Source of the DNA: Camelus ferus
Lineage: Eukaryota
DNA length: 64,000 nucleotides
Reading direction: 5' to 3'
NCBI RefSeq assembly: GCF_009834535.1
Contig: NC_045697.1
Coordinates: 4,218,001 to 4,282,000, forward strand
The notes beneath the pieces are model-generated. The model did not search any database. It was not told the DNA's origin and was given only the letters and a program-made list of their open reading frames with translations. The first letter of the stretch is position 1; each line of letters starts with the position of its first letter. Positions 25,301 to 36,727 of the stretch are shown piece after piece. Made by a program: the position numbers and the translations under genes.

Positions 25301-26194
25301 CACCACAAGTCTGCCGATCTCCCTTGCTCCTCAGGACCCCACCCCTGTGTCACTGTTTCCAGGAGGCCCTCTTGGAGACTGCCCCTCCCCATCCTGAAGG
25401 CATCACCTCCCCTGCCACCTCTTCACCTCCCGTGCGTCTCCCTGGACCCGGAGCAGCCTTTGAGGGCAGGCCTGACCTCTCTCGTCTCCTCATCTCCAGG
25501 GTCCAGCCTGGACCTTCCTCCCATGCAAGCCCAGAGGAGATGCTGGGTAAGCTTGTTCCCAGAGTCCCATTCCAGGCTGACGCCGGGCACACCAAGCCTC
25601 CTTCCTCTCCCCAAGCTCTTCCATTCAGCAGCAGACAGGACCTGTTTGCTCTCTGCCTCCCTCCTCATCAGCCCTGGTGCTTCTGACAGTTCTAATTAAA
25701 TGCAGCAGTCCCATCTGAGGGATCAAGCTGGGCTTTTTCAGGGCCCCCTCTCAGTCGTGAGCTCTGACTCCGTTGGATCATTAACGGTGTCGACAGTACT
25801 TCCTGTGATGGATGGTGATGGACGAGCGAGGGGAGGAGTCCCCCCGACAGGCATCTTGATCTCCTCCACGATGTGGCAGGCCTCTGCCGGAGTTCCCAGG
25901 GAGCTTTCCAGCCCATGGAATCTGGATTTCACATAAACCCGAGGAGAGCTGCGGCCAGGCAGGCATGAAAGCTCCTATTTTATGGGTGAGACAGACGGGC
26001 TCAGAGAAGGTGCGATTTGGGTGGGGTCACACAGCTAATATGTACCAGGGCTGGAACCGGAATACCTTCCTCTTGATGGAAAAGCATCCCTGACAGTGGA
26101 CATCTTCGAGATTCAAGGGCTGGTCCCCCGTCACAGGGCCCCAGGAGCGGCCTGTGTCCTCAGGGCGTTGCCTGCCCAGCCTCTTGTCCTGCTC

Positions 26195-26615
26195 TGTTCT
26201 CCCTGCTGGTCGGGCTGCTGTGACAAGCTAGCACACACTCAGTAGCTTAAAACAGCAGAGGCTTATTCCCTTGTGGTTCTGGATGCCAGAGACTGAAGTC
26301 AAGGCTCACGCTGGAGGTTCCAGGGAAGAGACTGGCGGGCCCCTTCCAGCTCCTAGTGGCGGCCTGCCTCTTTGGTGTTCCTTGGCTTGTAGCTGCATCA
26401 CTCCAGTCTCTGCCTGCCTTGTCACCTGGCCTTCCCCCTGCGTGTCTCTGTGCCCCTGTGTCTGCACATGGCTTTCTCATCAGGATACCAGTCTTTGGTT
26501 TAGGGCCCACATAATCCAGTATGACCACATCTTATGCCACCCAATTTCCAAGTAAGGTCACAGTCACACGTGCCAGGAGTTAGGATATCAACATATGTTT
26601 TGGGGGGACCCAGTC
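26195..26615 (-). mobile_element. MaLR solo LTR (MLT1C-like)
   Basis: gggctgctgtgacaa..gcttaaaacagcaga..ttccttggcttgtagctgcatcactccagtctctgcct..tttagggcccac..taaggtcaca. Confidence 0.75.
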
Positions 26616-27109
26616 AGGGTCTGTGACTGCCCATCGCTGGCTCCGTCTCTCACTGTAGACCTGTCACCGGGCTGGTCAGTTGGGACGCCACCTCTGACTG
26701 CTCCCTGAGCCCGTGCTGGACCCCAGGGTTCCCAAAGCAGGCGGCGGCTCTGGGCTTCCACTGATAAGGCTGTGTTGTCCCCAGTCCCCAGGGGTTGACT
26801 GGTGCCTCTTTGTCCAATGGTCCAAGTTACCTCTTCCAACTCTGCCTCGCCATTTGGGGGACTCCCAAAGCTGCAGCAGAAAGAAAAGGGGACCTCACAA
26901 GTAGAAGAACACCACGGGCTTTCATGGGATTGTCCCTCGTCCACAACCAGGTGACTTGGAGCGCCCACCAGTCATCAGCGGGCTTGGTGGACCTCACCCA
27001 GGGGCTGAGTTGGGACCCTGAGCCCGAGGCATCAGCCAGTGACACCTGAGGCCCTGCAGTGGGGGGACAGTTGCCCCTGAGATGAAATCACTGGTCCCTG
27101 GAGAGCTTT

Positions 27110-28400
27110 CACCAAAATGTCTTTATTTGCCGTTCATTCTTGAAGAGTATTTCTACTGGATACAGAAGTCTGGGTTTACAGGTTTTTAAATTTTCCTTCA
27201 GCACTTTAAAAAGCCTTCTGGACTCTTGTTATTTCTGATGAGAAATTTGCAGTTATTTGAGTCACGGTGCCTCAATATAATATGTGGTTTTTGTTCTCGC
27301 TGCCTACAAAATTTTATCATTGTGTTGTCTTCCAGCAGTTTGACGTTTAGGTGTGGTTTTCTTGGTATTTGTCCTGCTTGGACTTCGCTGAGCTTCCTAA
27401 ATTTGCAGATGGAAGTCTTTTACCTTATTGGGCATAATTCAGTCATTGTTTCTTCTACTGTGCTCTCTCCTCTCCTTCTAGAATCCAAATACATGTGTGT
27501 TAGACTTTGTGATGTTGTCCCACGGATCCCTGAGGATCTGTTCTTTTTCTTTTTAAATTTCTTTTCTTTCTGTTCTTCAGGTGTGCTAATTTCTATTGCT
27601 ATACCTTCAAGTTCACTAACTCTTCTGTCATCTCAAATTTTCTGTTAAGCAATTCAGTGGTTCTCATATATTGTATTTTTCCATTCTAAATTGTCCATTT
27701 AGTTATTTTTTATAGCTTCTATTTCTTGGTTGAAATTCCCTTTCTTTTCATGAAGTAAGAGCAAATTTTCCTTTATATTCTTGGACATAGTTATAATAGC
27801 TACTTTTACAGTCTTCATTTGCTAATTCCAATATCCAGACTTTGGGGTCTGTTTCCTTAATTGTCTTTGTATTAAGTATGGGTGATGTTTTCCTATTGAC
27901 TTGTATATTTTCATATAATTTTGGATTATATCTTGGATGTTGTGAGAGGCTCTAGATGTTTTGTATTGTCCATCCAAAGAGCGTTTTTGTTTTGTTTTAT
28001 GTTTGTAAGCAGTTAACTTGGTTGAACTCAACTATGAACTCCATCCCAGCAGGATCCCAGTTCACTTCTTTTAGCCTTAGCACCTCTGCATGGAGTCTGT
28101 TGTGTGTGTGTGTGCAGTTTGTAGCCAGCTGAAGGTTCAGGTAGAGTTTATGTGCTGCCTTTGGGGGCCCTTCTGTAGACTCAATTTCTGGGATTAACTA
28201 CCTCGTTTTCCAGCTACTAGGATTTTCCCAGATTCTCTCTTCTGGTTTATCGAACCTACCAATGTGACTTTCTATCTGAGTTTCAGCAACCACATAGCAC
28301 AGACTGGCACCTGTCCTCAGGCCAGAAGCCATGAAAATGGGAAACTCACCCAGTGATGCCTCTTCTTCCAACTGCTGTCTCCCCAGCAGTGTCTGCCATC
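27110..28400 (-). mobile_element. Ancient L1 (5'/ORF1-region) fragment, antisense
   Basis: An abrupt T-rich block with gtctttattt..ttcattcttgaag, tttctgatgagaa, tgttagac and cttcaagttcactaa. Stop-riddled. Confidence 0.7.
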
Positions 28401-31400
28401 CAGTGAGGGGCACATAGTGGGCATGAGACCATAGTTGTAGGAGAGGCCACTGTACAGCCAGGGGCAGGGGGGTGGCAGAAGGAGGTCTCTCCAAGAGGGC
28501 TCCCTGGGGGAGGTGGCATTGGGGCTGGGATGTGTCAAACATCCAAAATGAGAGGATGGACTTTCCAATTTCGTGGTTTTACCAATGAGAATTTCCAGCT
28601 CTTAGGGGAGATCAGTTTTCCTAAGGCAAACCCTAGAAGACACTTACTGTAGCGATGAATAGATGTTACACATCCACCAGCCCCTTCCTGAGCCTGAGGA
28701 AGCAGTGTCCTGGCCTCAGGTTTGGTAGTTGCTCTGTAAATGTTTGCAGAATGGGACCAGAGAGGCTGGTGGTCAGGACTCCCAAATCTGGACAGTGAGG
28801 TTGAATCTCAGATTTATCTGGCACATTTCTGAGCTGGCCACTGCGATTTCTGTGGGGGTCAGAAACAAAGATGGGGAAGAGCTTTGACTTTCTGCCTGGT
28901 ACATTTTGGTCATTCATCACTCCTTAGTGTCACGGTCCTTCCTCTCTCCCAAGCCCTCTCACCCCCAGCGTCTCTCTTGAGTTTCTAATCCCGGGCAGAC
29001 TCTACTATAGCCACGCTCCAGATGACAAAACTGAGTCTCAGAGAAGTGGTGTGACGAACCAAAGGCCACACGCCGAGACGTTGGACCCAAGACTCCAACC
29101 TAGGACTTCTGACTGGTCCATGAACAGCTCTGGGAACTGTCACTGTGGATGGACTTCCATCCATCTTCTTAGCTGCCGATAGAAATAATAGCCATATCTC
29201 CCTGAGGGGCTGGCGTGAGGTTCAAAGGAGGCAATGATATAAAACTGACACAGAAATTGTAATTGCCTGCAGACGTTAGTGTCCGTTACTGTGGTAACTG
29301 CCCAGCATTTACGGACCACATTTGCTCTGGGTACCAATGGTTACATTGGCATTTTAATTTAAAAGCATTGTTATTTCTCCGTCATAAAAATAATGTATAT
29401 TATGCATATGTCCAAACTCATTAAACTGCATACATTATATGTGTGCATTTTCGCATATATCCATCACACCTCGATAAAGCTATTAAAACCTACATTCATT
29501 ACAGAAAATCTAGAAAACCTAAAAATGTAGGAAGAGGAGGAAAAAAATATTTTCTTTCAACCACCCTAAAGCCACCTCTGTTTAACATGGTAGAAAATTC
29601 TCTTGCAGCTTGCTTTCCCTCTGCCCAGTTTGTTTGCAATTTAACACGGCTGTGATCACTGGTCTATATAATTAAAAACATTCTGTACACAGTTTTATAT
29701 CCTGCTCTTCCCCCCTAAGGGGGTGCTGATATGAAATGGGGAGAAGGACCTGTGCCACATGCGGGAATGCGGCACTGCTGGGCTGTGCTCCCAGCTCTGG
29801 CCCTCCTGTGTCCCTGGGCCAGGGAGGCTGCCCAGGAGGGACAGTGTTGGGCAGCCAAGGCCTGAGGCTCTTCCCGATTCCACATTCAGGGAGCATCTCC
29901 ATGGTCCCAAAGAGCGCCTTTCCTTGCCTTGTCCTCTGCAGTTTAATGAAACGCGCTTTTATCCTGATCAGTGAGTAGGTCCCGTGTGTCATCCCGCTTC
30001 TGAACCACCTTGCCTCCCTCCTTTTTCCTTTCACTGTCTGAGCTGGCAGTGACCTGTGGCTCAGAGGGCCCTTGCAGGTCAGGAGCTGTGTCTGAAAGGA
30101 ACTTGATTGGAAAAGGAAAAGGCCTGTATGGAACAGGAGTGGGAAAGCCACTGGAGGCTGAGGGAACAGGTCTTGAGACAAGTGGTAGCTGGTATTTTTG
30201 GTGACAGCAAGGAGCCCAGAGTCGGGAGTGGAAGCCCAAGGCCAGGAGAGGTGAGAGACGGGGACTGGGGGGAGACTGGGGCTCCGGAGCCCTCCACTGA
30301 CTTAAAACACGGGGCATTCAACAGTAAGCATTTCTTACCACACATCTGCCGATCCCGCTGATCTGGACTTGGTTGGACTCAGTGAGCTGGTCGGTCCTCC
30401 GCCCTCCCTCCCTCTTGGGCTAGGGATAGGGGCACAGGCTGGCCCCCGGAGATCCTCCTCTGGGCAGTGGAAGAGGCGCAGGACCATGGCTTGTCTGCTG
30501 GCATCCCACAGGCCAAAGCGAATCACAGGGCGTGGTCCCCGGCCCCGGGTGGGAAGCAGTGCCGGGTGCCAGGTGCGGGTGCAGGAGAGGACTGAAGATT
30601 TGGGCTCCTGATGTGGCCTGTTTTGGGGGGCTGCAGGTCACTCAAGGCTTTGACACTCTGAGTATCCTCAGGGAACCCCTGGAGGGCTCCGAGGGGGCTC
30701 CTTCTGGCTGCTCTGTCTAGACCAGCTTGTGTCCAGGCTGGGAGAAATGGGGGAGATGCGATAGGAGGCTGTCACAGCCATCCAGGCAAGAGGAGGGAGA
30801 AGTGATTGGAATCTGGATGTATCTGGAAGGCTGGGCCAGTAGGGCTGGATGTGGAGAGTGAGAGGGAGACCCTAAGGTGGCCCCAAGGCTCAGGCCTGAG
30901 CCAGTGGGAGGAAGGAACTTCCATCACCCGAGACAGAGAAGAACGCAAAGGAGGGGACTTGGAGCAGAAACACCCCGTGACTTGGGAGGCGGACCATCAG
31001 CCTGGCGGTTACAAGGAGAGCACAGTGTGGGGTGGGCACCAGCTCAGGGGCCAGCTCAGTGTCCACCTGGGGCTGCCGAGAGGAGTGGTCAGGTCTGCGG
31101 TTTACCTGAAAGGAGAGCCGCTGTGTTAAAGGCTGACCAGAGATTTTGGTGACTACAGAGTCCAGGTCAGGGGTGCCAAGGGTCCTGTCCATGTGCAACT
31201 CGGTGGGGGGCAGGGAGGGGTAGAGTCGGCCTCTGTGGCCACCAGAGTCAGGCGGGTGAGTGTCAGATTTGCATCCCAGGCCCCTGATCTGCACACGAGG
31301 AAAGCCCCCAAACTGCTTCTGGAAGGGAAGGAAAGACCCTACCCACAGTCTCTGTCCCGCAGCCAGCTGGTGGGGGGTGGGGCGGGCGGTGGGACCCCTC

Positions 31401-31539
31401 GACAGTGCTCCCGGCCCCTCGGGCTCCTGCAGCCCAGCCCAGGGGTGTGGGGGCCCTGGGGACAGGCGGGAGCAGTTCTGTCCAGCTGCATGGTACTGGG
31501 TCCTAATGAGCCGTGCCTTCCTGTCTCCGTCCCCCACAG

Positions 31540-31637
31540 CCGATATCATCTCTACCGTCGAGTTCAACCACACTGGAGAGCTGCTGGCCACCGGCGACAA
31601 GGGTGGCCGGGTCGTCATCTTCCAGCGGGAACCGGAG
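31540..31637 (+). CDS. PPP2R2C: PPP2R2C coding exon (exon 2 by human numbering), 98 nt, (A)[32 protein letters not shown]
   Basis: The translation is the common N-terminal WD40 exon of PP2A B55 subunits. Acceptor ccgtcccccacag (phase 1) with branch-like CCTAAT at 31502-31507; donor GAG|GTGCGG (phase 0). Confidence 0.97.
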
Positions 31638-33234
31638 GTGCGGCGGGGCCTGGTGGGAGGCAGCTACACTCAACCTGGGCTTTAACCCGCAGGGTGCTGC
31701 TCCGTACCCTACCATGGTGCCTGAGCTGGCATGCAGGGGTGGGACCCTGCAGGGCACATCTGGGGGAGATGTTCTGAGCCCCCTCTGCTGAGTGGATGTT
31801 TGGTGATTGCTCACTGCATCCTAGACCCCTGAGAAACAGACCCCCCACCCCAAGTAAACTGCCCTCTGCCTGGGTGAGCCGGGGCTGTCCCAGCCAGAGC
31901 AGGGTAAAGGGGGGATGGGCCCTTCTACACCTGTGGGTGGGCACTCTGGCCCGAGTGGGTGGTTTTGCTCGGTCCTGGCTTTGCCCCCGTCAGGTCTGTT
32001 GTCCTGCAGAATTCCCTATAAGATGAGAACAGCCTGGAACAGCTCCAGAGGCGCTGTTTCTGAACCACTGGAAGAACCTGGAGATTAAAAGGTCCTATTT
32101 GTTGAGCACCTACTATGTGTAGACAGCTTACTGCTCTCTCCACATGCTTTTCCCAGTCTTCATTGCCCAGTGCTGAGGGTACGGACCCACATCCCACTTA
32201 CAGATACTCCCAGCTAGTGAGCAGAGACCAAGGAGTGAAACCAAAGCTGGATGCGCACTGCTGCTCGCACACCTCCCTGCCTCAGACATGGGCTGGGGTT
32301 AGATGCTGAAGATACTGGGGGGTGGGGAGGAGCGGGGAGGGGTGGGGGAACGGGATGAGGAAGAGAAGGTGAAGAGAGGGCAGGAGGGAAGGATGAAGGA
32401 GGTGGGGGAAGCGGCAGAATCATCCCCCGCCTCCAGTTCCTCAGCGTGGTCCCCACAGCTGACACCCCCCGAGGTCTGACTTCCTGTGTTCGCGGCTGTA
32501 ACCCCCTCACGACAACCCTAGTGGTGCTATAAATGCTGTTATCATCCTCAGTTTACATATGAGGAGACTAGAGCTCAGAGGGTTTGAAAACGGCTTGCCG
32601 AGAACACAGAGCCAGAAAGCAGACAGTCCAAAACCGGGTTTTACCAAAGCCACGTCTTCTTTCAGTCAAAATGCACCAAAAAAAGTGAAATCAGTGGATG
32701 CGAGTTTCTCTGTTTTGAATTTTTCTCCTTTAATTTTTTTCCTTAAACCCTTAATTTTCCCATGGACCTTTGCCACAGCCAGTGTTTATGGGTAGAATTA
32801 GAGGGGAAAATATTGAAGAACTTTAAAGCTTTCCAAAAGTAAAACAGATACGGAAATACAGAAACAGATACTTTTGAAATTTTAACAGGAACTTGAAATT
32901 GTGCCTGGTCGACTGTCTGTGTTTTGCTCCAGGCAGTCATAGTCATAGTTTCTTGTTGTCACATAATCTTGAGTTGTCTGCTGGGCAGTGGTCCCTGGTG
33001 CCCGCGACGGACTCACCTCCTCACTATTTTGAGGGCTCCACCAGGAGGTTCTTATCACAACAAACTCAACTGCCTAAACCGGGATGGAACCCACTGAGGA
33101 AAGTCGGGGGGGGGGGCAATATTCTATTCCAGTCTATCTGACGTGGCAGGGTGTTCTGCCCCAACGTTAAATCTTCTCCAAATGCATTCATTCCTCGAGT
33201 CAGGCCTGAGTTGGACCCAAGGAAGTGCAAGGAG

Positions 33235-33460
33235 GTCAGAGCCTCGGACTCAGTGCCAGACAGACCTCAGTGGAGTGAGTGGCAACATTTAGTGGACTTG
33301 TGGTCTTGGGGGTCGATTCATCTCTGAGCCTCCACTTGTTCATCTGTAAAATGGGGGGAGTCATGCTCCCCATCACAGAGGGGCGTCAAGGATGGAACAA
33401 GAGGAGGCGTGAGAAGCACTTGGCTCGGTGTCCTGCACACAGTAGGTGCTCAGTAAATGG
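33235..33460 (+). mobile_element. MIR SINE
   Basis: tctctgagcctccacttgttcatctgtaaaatgggg...gcacacagtaggtgctcagtaaatg. Confidence 0.75.
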
Positions 33461-33653
33461 GAGCTGGCAGAGTTGCCCTTGTTCCTCCTTATTGGACTCT
33501 TACAAGGAGGTGACGGGGCTGGGCCATGGCTGCACAGCAAGGTATTAGCCACTTAAAAAGCAGAGAGTTCCTTTGGACCCTTGACTGGACGCCCAATCGC
33601 CATGGCTGTGTCGGGCCCTGTGAGGTTTAACCAGGTCCGTCCCCGAGCCGGCT

Positions 33654-33682
33654 CCCGCCCCGCCCCGCCCCGCCCCGCCCCG
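33654..33682 (+). repeat. CCCG(CCCCG)5 pentanucleotide repeat
   Basis: Directly visible, ending 40 nt before exon 3. Confidence 0.95.
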
Positions 33683-33722
33683 CGGTCCTGGAGCTCAGGC
33701 CGCTGGTCTGGTTTCCCTGCAG

Positions 33723-33888
33723 AGTAAGAATGCGCCGCACAGCCAGGGCGAGTATGACGTCTACAGCACTTTCCAGAGCCACGAGCCAGAGTTCGACTAT
33801 CTCAAGAGCCTGGAGATAGAGGAGAAAATCAACAAGATCAAGTGGCTCCCGCAGCAGAATGCCGCCCACTCCCTGCTGTCCACCAACG
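33723..33888 (+). CDS. PPP2R2C: PPP2R2C coding exon 3, 166 nt, [55 protein letters not shown](D)
   Basis: Contains the invariant B55 motif [36 protein letters not shown] matches my recollection of the gamma isoform. Acceptor tttccctgcag; donor ACG|GTGAGG. Absent from the + strand ORF track, so read directly from the sequence. Confidence 0.97.
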
Positions 33889-33911
33889 GTGAGGCGGCGG
33901 GCGGTCTGAGG

Positions 33912-34112
33912 GTGTGCGTGCGTGCACATGAGCATGTGTGCGCGCGCATGTGTTGTATGTGTGTGCACATGAGCATGTTGTGTGTGTGCACTGTATGCAC
34001 GTGTGTGCATTTTACGCCCGTGTGTGCATGTGTTCATGTGCATGCACATGTGTGTGTGCATTGTACACGTCCGTGTACGTGTGTGCGCATGAGCGTGTGC
34101 ACATTTGTGTGT
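33912..34112 (+). repeat. Complex TG/CA alternating purine-pyrimidine repeat
   Basis: ~200 nt of TGTG/TGCA/CATG units starting about 24 nt into intron 3. Confidence 0.9.
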
Positions 34113-35680
34113 TATAGCAATTTGTTATCAAATGCTATTTCTCACCTCACTCATGTGGTGAACATTTTCTAGGTCTTTTGAACGATAATATTTTGAGTAG
34201 CATGTCAGTTCCATGCGGTGAATGTGCTCGCCCAGCCTTTTCCTGTGGATGGACGCAGGCTTTTTCCCACTGCTGTAAATAGCAGCTCCTTGAACATCTC
34301 TGTGAATCCTTTTCTTTGGGGGTGGACAAAGGAGGCCAGGTCAGGGAACGCAGTGAGCACCTGGTGCACACTGACCTCTCCGTCCGCACCCCCCAGACCA
34401 CCCCAGCGTGGAGGGTCTCGCTGGATGGTGCAGGAGGCGCACTGGTTCAGGAGCCTGCCTGACCACTCTCCACCTGCCTCTAGGGGAGGGCACACACCCC
34501 CGCCAGGCCCCTGAGGAGGCTCCCAGCCAGACGGCGCTTCACTGTGGTCCACTTGGAGGGCAAGGCTCCTGGGCCATCTTGCCTCCACCAGCAGTGCGCC
34601 TGGGACCAGAGGCCCAGCTTCCCACGTTCACATCTCCCCACTAATCCTCCATCTCTCACCCCATCATCAAAGGTGCCTGGGGTGGGAAGAAGACAGGCCT
34701 GAATTCTGTCCCAGCCCGGGGACCTTGGGGAATGGCCTTGCTTCTCTGAGCCTCAGTTCCCTCACCTGTGCTCCCTCTGGGGTTACGATGAGGGTGGAGG
34801 GAGGTGGTGCCCACTCAATACCCCGTGACCAGCCAACACTGCTCCAGGGTGACTGAGCCTTAGGAGATGATGCCACTTGCCCTCCCCAGGGACTCAGACT
34901 CCTTAAGGCGGCCTTTACCACAACCCTGAAACTGATCACACTCAATCCCACTAGCCCACCTCTGTGCCCAAAGGCCAGCCTTCTCCACTCCCACCTGGCC
35001 AACCCCCACCTCCTCCCTTAAGCCTCCACTGGGTATCACCTCCCACTGAGGCTTCACTGATCTGTCAGCCAAGCCAGGTGTCCCTCCCTTGTGCATTCCC
35101 ACCCCTCTTGACCCCAGGCTTGCCCTCAGGGGCTCCTGCCATTCAGGTTGGGTGCTTCTGTGCCAAGGACAGGATCTGTGTCCCCTTAGGGATGCCTGGC
35201 ACAGGGTTAGGCTCAGGAAGCCCCTGTCTTGGAGCCAGAGGGGCCCTTCCCTGTGCTGGAACACAGGCAGTGAGAGGTGACGCCCCCGCCCCAAGGACAG
35301 GCCCCTGAGGGCAGAAGCTCTGACTGCGTTCACACCCTGGCCCTGCCACTTCCTCTTGTGAACTGTGCCATCTGGGCTGCCTCGTGGGGTTACTGAGAGG
35401 GTGAAGGAGACGGCTTAGAGCAGGGCGGGCACCTGAGCCTGTCACGCACTGCTTTCCTCTCCAGTCACCCCATAGAGAGCGTCGTTTGTGCTGCCTCTTT
35501 GGAGGAAAGGCCGCCTTGGGAATTCTCTAACACCCCCACCCACAAAGCTTCCTGCCCTCGGCTCTGAATCCCAGCGCCACCCTCTCCTGGTGGCCTGTCC
35601 CTGGGCACCTACCAAGTGTTTAATTGATGTCATTTTCTCCCCTTCCTTCTCACGAAGGTGGCAGTGTTTGTTTTGGCTGC

Positions 35681-36133
35681 TGTACTAGTCAGGGTTCTCT
35701 GGAGAAAAAGAGCTCATAGGATACGTGCGTGTGTGTGTGTGTGTGTGGACAGAGAGATGGCTGTAAACGTAGACACAGATGTATAGAGACAGAGGTTTAT
35801 TTTAAGGCGTTGGGCCACGTGGCTGCAGGGCCTGGCAAGTCCACAACCTGCAGGGCGGGCTGGAGACCCAGGGAAGAGCTGATGCGGCAGTCGAGTCTGA
35901 AATGTCCGCTGGCCAAGCTCCCTCTTCCTTGGGGACCTCAGTCTTTTTTCCCTAAAACCCTCAACTGATTGGAGGAGGCCCACCCACATTCTGGAAGATA
36001 ATCTGCTTTACTCTCTGGATTTAAATGTTAATCTCATCTAAAAAAATAGCTGCTGGGTAACATCCACACATGTTTGACCAAATGTCTGGGGAGTGTGGCT
36101 TAGCCAGGTTGACACCCCAAATTAACCATTGCA
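35681..36133 (-). mobile_element. ERVL solo LTR (MLT2 family)
   Basis: Ends TGTACTAGTCAGGGTTCTC and gttgacaccccaaattaaccattGCA. Internal (TG)n and caactgattggaggaggcccacccacatt. Confidence 0.8.
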
Positions 36134-36614
36134 GCCACTAAAGATTACTCTTTTGATGTTCTCAGTGGGATTCCAGAGAAGTGAGGACCCTGGAGAGCTA
36201 GCTGAGTTCTGGATGGACGGGGATGCGTCTCAGAAATAGGAAATGGGTTGCCTTCTTTTGTCTGCCAGCGAAGGCCTGAGCAAGCAGGCTGCTTCATTAG
36301 GACAGTCTTCGTGGAACTCCGGTGACAGGCTGATAACTGCCCGTGAAAGGGTCATATCCTTTGACCCGGCAGTTCTACCTTTGGGATCAACTGTGAGGAG
36401 ACAGACATGAGGACAAATGCTCCATTTGCAGGGACGTTCGCTGCATCACTTGGCAGAAGGAGTGAGATTAGAAAGAACCTGCGTGTCCAGGAACAGGATG
36501 TGGGTTGGGTCAGCTGTGGATTGAGGCCCCCTCATCCAGTGGACGCGAGTGGGTGCTCGGTTCTCCGGGCTGGTGTTAATCACATGTCTTGTTCACTCTG
36601 TTTTGTATTTAAAG

Positions 36615-36727
36615 ATAAAACCATCAAACTGTGGAAGATCACAGAGCGTGACAAGAGGCCCGAGGGTTACAACCTGAAGGATGAGGAGGGGAAACTCAAG
36701 GACCTGTCCACGGTGACGTCGCTGCAG
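36615..36727 (+). CDS. PPP2R2C: PPP2R2C coding exon 4, 113 nt, (D)[37 protein letters not shown]
   Basis: Embedded in ORF 36407..36772. Acceptor ttttgtatttaaag (phase 1, joins exon 3); donor CAG|GTAGGC (phase 0). Confidence 0.97.

Noticed and set aside
31506..31539. In-frame ATG giving [11 protein letters not shown] before exon 2
   Set aside because: Weak Kozak context. It coincides with the branch point and pyrimidine tract, which explain the sequence.
33721..33729. Recursive splice site at the exon 3 acceptor (CAG-A-GTAAGA)
   Set aside because: The donor motif is offset by one base and is dictated by the Ser-Lys codons AGT AAG.
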